From Chrysomallon squamiferum (taxonomy: Eukaryota > Animalia > Mollusca), in assembly GCA_012295275.1 (NCBI GenBank), contig CM022670.1, forward strand, positions 30,504,001 through 30,568,000: a stretch of 64,000 nucleotides of DNA, written 5' to 3'. Positions 27,937-39,640 of the stretch are shown piece after piece. The position numbers were made by a program, and so were the translations under genes. The notes beneath the pieces are model-generated. The model had not been told where the DNA came from, did not search any database, and was given only the letters and a program-made list of their open reading frames with translations. Every line of letters begins with the position of its first letter. Position 1 is the stretch's first letter.

Positions 27937-28811
27937 TGTCACGGGGCGCAGGGCTTAAGAGGTGCTAACTTTCAAGTCTAACGACAATATTAAAATATGG
28001 CTCGTTTCTTGTCTAGGGTTTGCGCCTTAGGTGGACCCGCTGACTGTGTAATTAAGAAACTGTGACGACTGAATATAAAGATACATACATTTGCATATAC
28101 TATAGATATAAACTATATATAATATTCTTTTAATTTTCCCTAACAGGTTTTTTTAGAAATAAATATATAACTCAAACTCTCTATGGAGCATATACAGGTT
28201 ACATCAAATTGATCAACAAATCAAACAGAGCATACAGAAACAGGATAACCATTTTCCCTGCTTAAACAAAGATAACGCAAAATATAGTTACCGACATAAC
28301 TGTCTAATAATGGCCGCTAACTCTTCAGTCCAATGCCGTGTCTTCTCTTTGTTTTGTGTGGTCTCTGTGATCTCTCTCAGTAATTGGATTACTGTTAACT
28401 AACATTAGATATTTAATTAGTACATATTGTTAGGAATATTTGTAGAAATGAATGGTTAACATATTTACTTACTTTAATGATGCATACAGGTTAATTACGA
28501 GATGTTAACTCGTTAAAGTAAACTATATATTATAGATAAATAGTTAATATGTTACCAACATTTTCAAAAACTTTACCTTAAAAGTACAACAATATAAAAT
28601 ACTATAATAAGTAAAAAAAATAGCTACCAGCGAATTATACAAATATTTATAATCTAAATTACGATACGTGGCTTAGTAAATAAGTTATAGAAACACAGAA
28701 AACAGTATATCTAAATATCGCCGAGAGAACTTTCCACAGCTTGAACGAGGCCTTATTAGGGTATGGTTAAGGGCCCTACTACCTAAGATAAAAACATGGT
28801 TTACCGTCATA
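27937..28811 (-). mobile_element. Possible second solo LTR of another family, nested in the same hAT
   Basis: It begins TGTCACGGGG and ends CCGTCATA (a decayed CCGTGACA). hAT coding homology stops and resumes at about these boundaries. No TSD is recognisable. Confidence 0.4.
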
Positions 28812-29119
28812 GGGACTTTACAGCTCTCTCAATTTTCTTGCTGTCCTCTTCATTCTCCTCTACACGACTTCCAGAAATATCTTCGGTTTGAGCAACTTCA
28901 GTTCTAGATCACGTGTAGTAGGTTCACAACATTCAATGCCCCCAGTGCTAATTTCAGCAAGAACACACTCATCGTGTTCTTGTTTTGTTTTCTCTGGACG
29001 AGGGTATTTCAGGAAGAAAACCTATTGGCTTGCTAGCCCCTTAATTTGTTCTGCTTTTCGTTTGTGGTACTGGGCTTCAGAGGGTTTTTCTTTTTTTCCG
29101 CCATGGCACGCCAATATAC

Positions 29120-29152
<33 letters not shown>

Positions 29153-29154
<2 letters not shown>

Positions 29155-29450
29155 TGTGCCGGACCAATTATCCGGCGTCCTTACATCCGGAAAGACCAGA
29201 AAGGTTTTTCCCGACGCTATTTTCATAGTTCGCGCGCGCGGGTGTTGTCCTCTCCAGACTGGAACTAGTCTTTCAAGCCGCGTGGTATCCATTCACTCGC
29301 CGCATTGTTTACATGTCGAATCGCCACAGTTTTTAATTTTAAAATGTTTATGCCTAATTATTATACGTATTTAGATGCCTTGGTACAAGAAAACTTGAAA
29401 ATCCAGAAATCCGGAATGCCTCAGGCTCCGGATAACTGGTCCAGTACCTG
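29153..29450. mobile_element. MITE of about 300 bp (Tc1/mariner-pogo-like)
   Basis: The imperfect TIRs are CATGTGCCGGACCAATTATCCGG and CCGGATAACTGGTCCAGTACCTG (19/23 match). It is embedded in TA/CA microsatellite. Confidence 0.75.
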
Positions 29451-29680
29451 TATACATATATATTTATTTACTTTTGATAGTATAAATATAATGCGCTTTT
29501 TGATATTAATACAAATAGGCTGATATTTCTCATTAAACAAATATTGATTCATTAATTTTCACATTCAAACTGAGTAACAAACGTTTCTCCTCTCTCTCTC
29601 ATACATCTTCATTCACACACTCACACAGACAAACACACAGACTGACATACATACACTCACACAGACAAACACACAGACTG

Positions 29681-29730
<50 letters not shown>

Positions 29731-31008
29731 ACATAAACATGAACTGCTCATTAAACGATAAATGCTGGTCATCAACATTAGATATAATTTAATCCTTCAA
29801 ATTAGTGCGAAGACGACAAAGAAAAGCCTTGTTTATCATATTCACAGCATGGACTGAGCGCTTGTCAGACAACCTGATATCTCCTCCACACCCCAAATTT
29901 TCTTTAAACAGATTTGTATATTTTTATTGCATGACTTATTATCAGTATTTACATTAATAAAATCTCTTAATGATATTTCGATAAGACTTTTGGGGGGTGG
30001 AATATCTCCCGTTTATTATTACTCCTAAGAGATATTATTTTGCTTTGTAATGTTCTTATATGACAGTGGAAGTTAAGATTATTCGTTCTTTTTCCTGAAA
30101 ACAACTTCGTTCTTGTCTTTTCATTGATTATTTTATATTTTAAAATTATTTGACGTATAATTATATTAAATCTCGGTCCAGAAACATCTTTTAACATCAA
30201 AAAAGCCGGGTCAAGATCGCGCCTAGTTTTGCCGGAAAAATTTGATCTTGTACTTGTGCTACTGGATGAGAATCTCGAGATAATCGTATCATTTCAATAA
30301 CAAGAAATATTTGTATATCTTTGGATATACATTATTCATGAATATGATTCTGTTCAGTAATTTATGTTCTGACCAAACATAATTCAAATTCAAACAGCCT
30401 TTGCGAGAGGTAATTTTCATTCATCATCATGCAGATGTAAAAAAAAAAAAATTTTTGATTGGTTTGTTATTTTGGAGATATATATGGTAAAGAGGACTAA
30501 TCTAGATGGTCGAGAGGAGAACTCACCATCCTTGTAATTTGATAGCTAGGTTTCATTTTATTCAAAAATTTTGCAAATTATTTCAAAAAGATAAAGATCT
30601 TGTTTATTGCTTTATTTGTGTTCTAATGTTTTAATTATCAGTCATATTATTTAATCGAAAGATTTATAACATATATGGCCACGATATATTTTCATGCTAT
30701 AGATGCTACTTCAATGAGTAGCAATATAAATTGAAATTTTGTTGAAAAAAAACAACAACAAAAAAACAAACAAAAGAAACAAAAAGACAGTGAGAAAAAA
30801 AAATAAATAAAAATGAAAAATATAAAATTTAAATAATAATAGTCATAATCACGAAAAATATAAATGAAGAAGAAAACAGAAAAACAATTAAATATTAAAA
30901 TTGTGAAATTTAAACAAAAAAGAATATACATTTATTTAAAATTGTACATTCCACATCAGCATCAAATGTCTTCCTGGTTTTGCAAGAAAACCAATAGATT
31001 ATATTAAA

Positions 31009-31053
<45 letters not shown>

Positions 31054-31737
31054 GTATTACTTTTCTTATATGACTTACATGACATTTATCCATTTTGCGT
31101 GTTTAATGGCATCATTCCGCGTTGTTTTACTGAGATACTTGAATTATCGCAAATAGAAGATTATAAACTCATTGATATGTACTGAGTTGTTGCTTATTTC
31201 ATTTTTTACGTCAGGACACCGGAAAATAATTAATATTTAAACTCCCTCGTTTATTATATTTGACATCATCGGCGGATCTGATACTCGTATATTTACGTGA
31301 ATCAGATAGGAAGATTCTAAAAGAAGTCTGGTTTGTCACATAGAACTTCATACATCACAGCTTTGAATGGTTTCATCTAATCTAGCTTTCTATGGTATCA
31401 CCGAATTTCGTTTTGGGGGATCTGGATTACTTTTTCAACTATTTATTTTTCTCATTTTCGTACTGAGACTGATTGTGTTTTATTTATTTGTATTGTCTAA
31501 CACCCATAACAAAATGGTATTAATTGTTAAATGTGTGAGAAATACTACTAACACTGTTTTTATGTTTTCAAATTATGACAATAACAATTTTGAACTTGCA
31601 GTTGTGTCGGTAGGTAAAGAAAACTTTTGTGTAAAGTGTACTGTAGTAAATTATGTAATTAAGTACAGAGACAATGTATATTAACCGTGCACATGTGTAT
31701 GCGTTTGTATGGGGGAAAAGGGGGGAGAGAGAGATAG

Positions 31738-31799
<62 letters not shown>

Positions 31800-33099
31800 A
31801 ACTGGAAAACATTGAGATAGATAGAGAAAGTATATAAGCATTTTAGATATGATATATTTTCCGTTCATAAATACTCCAAAGGGATATTATTTTTGTTATT
31901 ATTTTTATTATAATGTAAGAAAACTGCCTGTGTGTACTTTTGTCTACCGTTAATAACGATGTGCGATATCACATACTATAATAAGTTTAAATCAATCCAA
32001 TAAATTTCCGATAATAATTATTTAACAATATTATATATTTTAACGTTTAAAAACAAACCTGTCAGTTAAACTACAAGCAATCAAAATGATCTTCATGTTG
32101 AAACATAACTGATATTTATATCCTAACGTTAAGGGTTTTCACATATTTTTCAGTTTTGAATCATTCTCTTATCTATCCCAAGAGAAATATACGTCTAAAT
32201 AAAGAGTGCTTTTCTTTTTACGCCTTCTTTAAATAAATACTATTTCAAACAAACAAACAAACAAACAAATAAATAAATAAGAACACAGAATTAGTGTGAG
32301 AAAAAAAAAGAAAAAATGAAAGAAAGAAAAAGAAGAAAAGAAAAACCGACAGGGTTACGTTTTTATTGTTTCACGTATATGTTCTTGTGTATGTTTGTAT
32401 AATATATGTAACACACAAACATATATATATACACATACATATATCCAGAAATAAATCTTCATTTACTGACTATTGGAATACATTTTATTTATTAAACAAA
32501 TGTATTAAAGAACATTAAGCAAACAAATATCTTTATGGCATTTCCTTTCAGATAATCTACATTCACCTGCTGTAACTATCAATTGACGACCTTGCTGAAC
32601 TACATTCGTCACACGAATAGAGCGACAGACGAGTCGATATAAATAAAAGATACGCACCGCAGTACTCAGCGTAATGTCAATCCACATAAAATAGTCCTGG
32701 GCGTCGATCGCAGTAGATAACCCCCTGCACCAAAACAAAAAAATCATTTATTTGTAAAACAAAATATCCGTTTCGTCTGCCACGGGCCATTTTATCTTGA
32801 TAACCTGTGTGTTATCTAGGAAAAGCAAGTTTGAAATGTACATGGCAACAGATAAAGTCTGGGTGGGTCATGTCGTCTTTTGGAATATATTGACAGGAAA
32901 CCGAGATTTCAATTACGTTGTGTTTTTTAACACTTGTCAGTGAACATATCGTGTAGATATAAACAGTTGATAACTGACGAAAACAAACAGTTCATATCTC
33001 GCTTTGACGTAAGTTATCCCCACTAAAACACAGCCCTTCTGCCTCCTCTCCTCTTCTTTTTTCTTATGGTTAATAATGTTATGCTTGTACAAAAAACTC

Positions 33100-33101
<2 letters not shown>

Positions 33102-33187
<86 letters not shown>
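33102..33187. repeat. (CT)n microsatellite
   Basis: Direct reading. Confidence 0.95.
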
Positions 33188-33190
<3 letters not shown>

Positions 33191-33296
33191 ATTATCAGAT
33201 CAAAATAATAAATATTAAAAATAAAAATGAAAAACAGATTAATAATACAGAAAGATAATGAATTATATGTTATTTAAAAATTATGGTTAAATTTCC

Positions 33297-33345
<49 letters not shown>

Positions 33346-34287
33346 TGGTATTGTTGCTGTTGTTGTTTATTTAAAAAGTAATTTTATATGTACATTTTTA
33401 TTCCTTTTAATATTATGAAAACTATTGAATTTGCTCTTATTCACGTTTTATATATATTCTTTTTAACCTGTTTTGATTATTTTTCGTTTTTGTTTTGTGT
33501 CATTTTGTGTGTATGTTTCATTAAAGCTTTAGCAAGAATGAAATAATAAAAAAAACTTTGATATCATTTTGTTTACGTGAAAATCTTACAAAAAAAATTC
33601 ATTATTATTATTTATTTATTTTAAATTTCTTCTTGTTTTGTTTTGTTTTTTATTTTGAAGCTTACCAAAAACGCCAAACTCTACTGAAAAATAAAAGAAC
33701 GTGCATGATGGTCGTGAAAAATGTTTGTTGTTTTCCTGCATTATCAGTGAGCGAAGATGAATTATCTGGATTTCTAGATATAGCCAGATAAAATGAAGTT
33801 AATGAAACATAGGGGAATGTGCGAGTGTTTACAGAACGGAGAAATAAATGACAGGAAAGTGATCTCTAATGTCTGAAGTGAGCTGAACCGTTGTAAGATC
33901 AAAATAAAAGGGCAAAGTTTCCAACAAATCATTCCATTTACATGAAAAGTTAACCTGTTTTCATTTTCTCAAAATTCAATGGCTGTCCAAATATATTACG
34001 TTAATTTTATGTACACCAGACGGCCGATGATTCTGTTGACACCACTGCTATTACTACTACTATTACAATTTTTGCTAGCACCACGTCTTCCACTGCTACT
34101 ACTACCGTAGTTATTACTAATATTACTACTACTAAGTTCTGTTTTTACCACTACTTCTATTATTACTGTTGCTACTGTATTTACCACTACTACGACTAAC
34201 ACTACCACCATCTCAACTCCCATTACTATCGCTGTTATTACTACTAGTGCTGTTGGTGCTGTTGCTTCTGCTACTATTACTACTAGC

Positions 34288-35260
34288 AGTGGCGTAAGCT
34301 TGACGGAGTCACAAGGGCGTCCCCTTCAGAAACGTTCCCTTCCATAACTACTAATGACGGACTTTGAAAGTTGTACTTCATTAATAATATTGCAGAATTA
34401 CTGCTTTGTATAAAACAACGGCGGAAGAGTACAGTATTACCATTATTTTAGCAGCTGGGCTTAGTGAAAAGTTGATATTCAATTAATACAAAATGAATAT
34501 CTTCTTTTTCACCTTGTATCGTTCCTCATTGTGCTATCCGATTAAATCTCTGTCTTCACAAATTTTCTTTCTACTACACAGCAATGAAAGTGACTTTTCC
34601 CAAAAAGCGCTGAAATAATTTTACCAAATTATGAATATGTTTTTGGCTGAGGACACGATTGGCGTAGACAGCATCGGGGGTGTGTTGTTGGAGGCGGTGT
34701 CCCCCTTCTACCGATGAGAATTTTTTTTAATTTTGATGACAGCTTTGGTGGAATTTTAAGTACACTGCACCAAGAACAAACGGCAACACCAGGTTGCTGT
34801 TGATCGATTTTGCGAACCCACTCGCTAAGAAAATCACCGATTTTGTCCTTTTCTTGAAGCCAATTCGATCGAAAAGCGTTCTTGACTCCGCGCTCAACCG
34901 TCTTCAGGTCCGGTGACTGATTAAGAACTGAAATCACAAAATCCCGAACAATGGACAGATTTTCAATGCATTCGCAAACAATACCACCATTTTGTCCAAT
35001 ATGACGCGACCAGTGTATACGATCTGCGCATTGGTCTCGCGCAGATGAGACTTCGCGAGCCAATCTGGCCAGTGGCGAATAAGCAAATATGGCGGCCACA
35101 ATGGGCGCAGCCATGTTAGATCTAAAGTTAGATCTAAACTCCGTAAATTTTAGGCGGAACGAATGAAAGTTGAAAAGGGGCGGATTTAAAAAAAAAAAAA
35201 AAAAAATTAGAGCAATAAAAAGGCGGTATTTCGCCGAAAGGCTGCGAACTTTCACCTATG
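34288..35260 (-). mobile_element. Composite DNA-transposon remnant (hAT-like ends) carrying a transposase N-terminal zinc-finger fragment, inserted in an (ACT)n-like low-complexity tract
   Basis: This GC-rich block is bounded by CAGTGGCGTA (34288) and CACCTATG (35260). The minus-strand peptide KTVERGVKNAFRSNWLQEKDKIGDFLSEWVRKIDQQQPGVAVCSWC resembles transposase N-terminal Zn-finger regions. The flanking ACT-rich repeat resumes on both sides. Confidence 0.6.
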
Positions 35261-36419
35261 ATTACAACTAAAACTATCACAACTCCTGCAGGTGCAGCTA
35301 CTACTACAGTAATTTCCATTTCCTTTCCCATGATTTTTTCTTTGGAATATATTGTTAATATTTCCTAAAACCTTCAGTAACGAATTTTTAAAACAGACGA
35401 GAAAAGTTATTTCTTTCATTTAAATCATTTTTGTTATTTACGTAGCCTATCCTTGAAATACATGTAACCTCCAAAAAGACAACAACAACAAAAAACAAAC
35501 AACTAAACTAAACTAAAATAAAAAGTAAACGCCTTCTGAATCTGTCATTGTGCTGGTTTTCAGAAACAAGTACAATCTGCAATCATTGTTCTACGTCTCA
35601 TTTACTGACGAGACCACAGTAAATAGAGTATCTGTATGTGTGTACGTATGTAAGTATGATATAATGTATAAATGTATATGTTGGTGTAGATACGTATGTA
35701 TGTGTTGGTGTTTTGGTAGGATGTATGTTTGCATGTTTATTTATGACTGTATAAGCGACCTTGTAAATGTGAAGTACTCGATGAGATTTATGTTCGATAA
35801 AGTGTTTTAACACTACCATACACAACCACCCATCCACTGTGTTGTGTATGATGATCGTAAATTATAAAGAAAAATAATCTTTGAATGTCATTTGAAAAGA
35901 ATATAAAATCTTGTTTTCATAGAAAATGTGATGCAGTTAAAAAATAAATAACTCTCTTTTTTAAGTTGTTAAACCTATCTGCAACATCTGTGATTTTCAT
36001 TTCATTTCTTTTATGTGTGTGTGTGTCTGTTTTTCTCTCTCCCTCTTTTCTTCCTTCTTGTTTTAGGTTTTGGTTTCTTTTCATTTCGCTTGTTTTTTAT
36101 TTCTAAATTTCATTTGTTCGTTTTCTTTTTTCTTTCTTTGAATCATTCCTTTATTTTACTTATTCTGTTTTCCTCTATTTCTTCTTTCGTCTCCCCTTCT
36201 TTTTCGTATTATACTTTCACAATTAATATAATGATAGTTAAAAACAAATTTCAGCATGTAAAACGTGGTTAACAAATTATCTTTTTCCAAAATTGTTTTT
36301 TTGTTAGCGATGCGAGAAAGAGTAGTGTAACCGTCTTACCACTGTGGACTGGACTAGATCTTTGGAATTAGTCCTTTTAGTAATGGGTCACAGCAGTTAG
36401 CTTCATTTGGGTAATTCAG

Positions 36420-36634
36420 GCTTTGTTATTTTTATTACATGTTGTGTATGTATGAATTTTAGGATTCTTTACATCTGATTAGACTCTGCACATAGACAAT
36501 ATTCGGGAACGCACTGGCGCAGGAGGGCAAAGTCCAACTACGATCTCACAAATGCTGTGTCCTGACTCGAAAGTATGGCACCTATTCGCCCGCGCTCCGA
36601 AGGCGGACGACGTTACCGTTCGGCCATCAAGACA
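36420..36634 (-). mobile_element. tRNA-derived SINE-like element
   Basis: The minus strand begins gatGGCCGAACGGtaacgtcgtccgccttcggagcg...tTTCGAGTC, giving A-box and B-box-like motifs. There is no complete cloverleaf. The 3' boundary is approximate. Confidence 0.6.
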
Positions 36635-36744
36635 ATCTTAAGAAAGTCTGATCAATAGCCGAGGGTAATCATCACAGAAAAAAAAGGCCTGTCGTTGGCA
36701 GAATGTGACCAAACACAATACTGATCAAACAATGACTATTTTAA

Positions 36745-37486
36745 ATGGGTACGAAAAAAATGGCACCCGGAAGAAGTGGCACTGTGCAGATTTGGAAAAA
36801 ACGGTACCGGAAAAATATTTTTTTATTGCTTATTGACATTTAGTTACTGGTAATAGGTGAAGTTCTGCTTACAAAAACAGTTCATTATTGCACAGAAAAA
36901 GAACATAAAAAACCTGTGCATGAATAATATTTGAGATAATGATTTAATGTTCGAAATAATATAAAATACAGCTACTATCATCTTTAGCAATTGTTGACAG
37001 TTCATAATTAAATGGTAAGTCAAAACAAATGTAAGCAAAAACCATCCCCTCATATATATGTGTGTGTGTGTGTATGCGTGTGAGTGTGTGTATATGTATG
37101 TTATATATATATAAGTACACACACACACACACACACAAATATATTTTTGTGCTATGTTTGAACTGACTGAATGATATCATTCTGGAGGATATTTTAACTA
37201 TTGTATGCGTATTCAGATTAGATACATCTGTATAAATGTACTCATGCATCTATGTATGTGTGTGTGTGTGCATATGTATGCGTGTATATATATATTTGTA
37301 TGTGTGCATATGTATAATATTAAACTCTGATATAATACTGCACTTTGTTAAGACAAAACCAAGTGTCTAAGTGATGCTATATATTAATATACATATATGA
37401 ATAAAGTGTATTTTCAAAAGAACTTAAATACGGTATCATTTCTTTCTGGTGCCAGTTTTTCCAGTGCCATTTTTTCCTACACCCAT
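36745..37486. mobile_element. Non-autonomous TIR element with repeated AAAAATGGCAC subterminal motifs, family unassigned
   Basis: The left end atgggtacgaaaaaaatggcacccggaagaagtggcac is the inverted counterpart of the right end gtgccagttttttccagtgccattttttcctacacccat. Flanks are TTAA-like. Confidence 0.7.
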
Positions 37487-39020
37487 TTTAAATATATAGC
37501 TAGACAGGATACCGAAGGTCAAAATAAATAAATAAATAAAGATAAAGCCCTGTGTCTTGAAACTGAAAGAAATACATGTAAACACACATTAATGTTTCAA
37601 AATTTAGAATACACCCCCGAAAAAGTAAAAAAAAGTAAAAACAAAAAGAAAAACAAAAAAGAAAAAGACACCTAATGCTGTTGCTACATTACTTCTATTT
37701 CTGCTGCTGCTACCACTATCACTACCATTATTAAGACTACTTACTACTCCAACTACACTGTTCCTGCTCCTAATCCTCCTCATCCTACTACTACTACTAA
37801 TAATAATAATCAAGAAAAACAAAAGACATTTTCATAGTTAAGTCAAAATAAATTTCACTTGTTCACTCATTACCTTTTTACCTATAAATGTTTGTTGTTT
37901 TTTTTTTTTTTTTTTGGTTTTTTTAAGTTTCATTTATTTTACTATAAAATGAAGTCAAAGTTTTGAATATTTTAAAATCTTTTTAATACAAAATCTGATT
38001 TTGATTTCTTTTCCTTTACTTTTTTTTGGGGGGGAAAAATCGGACTAGAGGGGTATAACAACGGAAAAGAAACAAAATACCAGTATTCAGTGTAGTGAAA
38101 AAAGGTACAATATTTCATAATTGTACAAATACATATTGGATTTTAAACATACTCTCTGAACCTAATTCAGGCTACAGTTTTGTATTATTTTCCAACATCA
38201 AATGATGTAACTTATTTATACAGATTATAAACAAATACTAGTACTTGAAGGTTTGAATGTACTCCCTGGACCTAACAATGGCTGCTATTCTCTACTCTCT
38301 TCCTCAGTCAATAAAAGATGTTCTTTAAAACATACATATGTCCACTGAAAGGCCATCTCGTGGTATTTTTCAGATTTTATTTTTATTCTCTCACTAAGAG
38401 CATGGGTGTCTCTTTGATCTCTTCTGAATTCCATGACCACTTCTAAACAACAGTTCGGGATCTGTTTGTATAATCAGCGATATCTTTTATGCCATGGATT
38501 ACTTTGCCTTGCACTCTTTATCGTACCTTCTGGCTGTTTGCAGCAAATAAATATACTTTTCGTATTTGCACTCAGAAATTAGAAACTGTTTGATTCACGA
38601 ACACTCATTAGTTGCTATTGCCACTTTTATGGGAACTGAAAGGAAGTGCCAGGTGGGACAAACGTAACGTTTGGTGGAACAGCTACAATTACCATGGATT
38701 TTATAACGGTTATATTAACATCTGACGCTGGTGTTAAATTAAAATAAATATGAATCTAATTATTATTTTAACAACAGCACCAAGAACACAAACAAGACAA
38801 CGACAACAATAGCACTACTGTTAATTATAATTTTAATAATAACTGTAATAATAATAATAATAATGATAACAACAGCAGTGAAAAAAACAAACAAAGCAAG
38901 AATAATAACAAGAACAAAGAAAACGACAACAACAACAATAATAACTATAATATATTAAAAAATCATCGTTAAAGACTTACAACATTTAATAACGGAATCA
39001 GAGCAAACTTGCAAACTTTT

Positions 39021-39123
39021 ACATTCAGGACATGATGTACGTCCCGTTTCTGTGCCTTCCTCTTAATGTCCTTGAGCACCACACTGGTGAGAGGTTAACT
39101 TGACTTAACTATTAATGTACTTA
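39021..39123 (-). repeat. Dispersed repeat (LINE/SINE 3'-end-like), inverted copy of 46677-46779
   Basis: The sequence acattcagg...gtacgtcccgttt.tgtgccttcctcttaatg.ccttgagcaccacac.ggtgagag.ttaacttgacttaactattaatgtactta is the reverse complement of 46677-46779. Confidence 0.8.
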
Positions 39124-39399
39124 CGATTACATCTCTATTCTTTTAAAGATAAGAAACATATATACTTGTTCACTTTAAAATGGCCTTCCTTGACTACAGA
39201 TGCATAGGATAACTACAAATTCACTTACTAAAATAAAATGATAAAGTGAAGAACTTTTTCTTGTTCTTGTAAACTAATATTTAAAGTTCAATAATAATGA
39301 GTCTATTTCTTGGAACAATTTCTTTAACACCTTAACCTTATCCAGTCCTTGGAATTTATTAAAACAATTACACCCTAACCTTATCCAGGCTTATACATC

Positions 39400-39640
39400 T
39401 TTTCACTGAGGATGAAGAAGTTTTCAATCAGCCTATCCGGTTTTTGAATATTCCGACCACTTTCCGATGGTTGCTTAGCTTCCTCTGATTTCTGATGATC
39501 TTTTGCTGTGATCAGATCTTAGATCACGACTCTTCCATCGACGTATGTTTCTACATCATCTTCTGTAATCGAAGTCATAATCTCTGGATTCTTGCTGGAC
39601 AATCGTTCAGTCCTTTTGAGAATATTGCAGTCAGGGGTTT
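39400..39640 (-). mobile_element. 3' tail of a Gypsy pol (integrase C-terminus remnant), probably the same element as 41871-43205
   Basis: Minus-strand TPDCNILKRT... and SGRNIQKPDRLIE resemble the typical end of K02A2.6-like pol proteins. Confidence 0.55.

Larger units (their letters stand above)
26036..29110 (-). mobile_element. Decayed ZMYM1-like hAT DNA transposon, interrupted by LTR insertion(s)
   Basis: The terminus CAGGGCTGGCGCCAG is at 26036. Collinear minus-strand transposase fragments are KPSEAQYHKRKAEQ (~29050-29090), QEEHYWQKI/LQRLIALVRVFGMQNLTFRG...HYLGNEIQNKLIQLL...KYYSIILSCTPDVSH (27563-27930), IQQM...REHFLRFVPLKEITG (26600-26700) and RIRKKKRQFEYEAQEEAPQDPKQKFKVSFYYAVLD (26290-26410). 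There are many stops and frameshifts. Confidence 0.85.

Noticed and set aside
31275-31307. Short hairpins (here, also about 13556-13581, 49139-49164 and the TA palindrome at about 16444-16469)
   Set aside because: The stems are too short for miRNA precursors and are expected in AT-rich DNA.
34629-35255. 208-aa minus-strand ORF as a host gene
   Set aside because: It starts at a non-ATG codon and is a chimera of transposon terminal sequence and a short transposase fragment.
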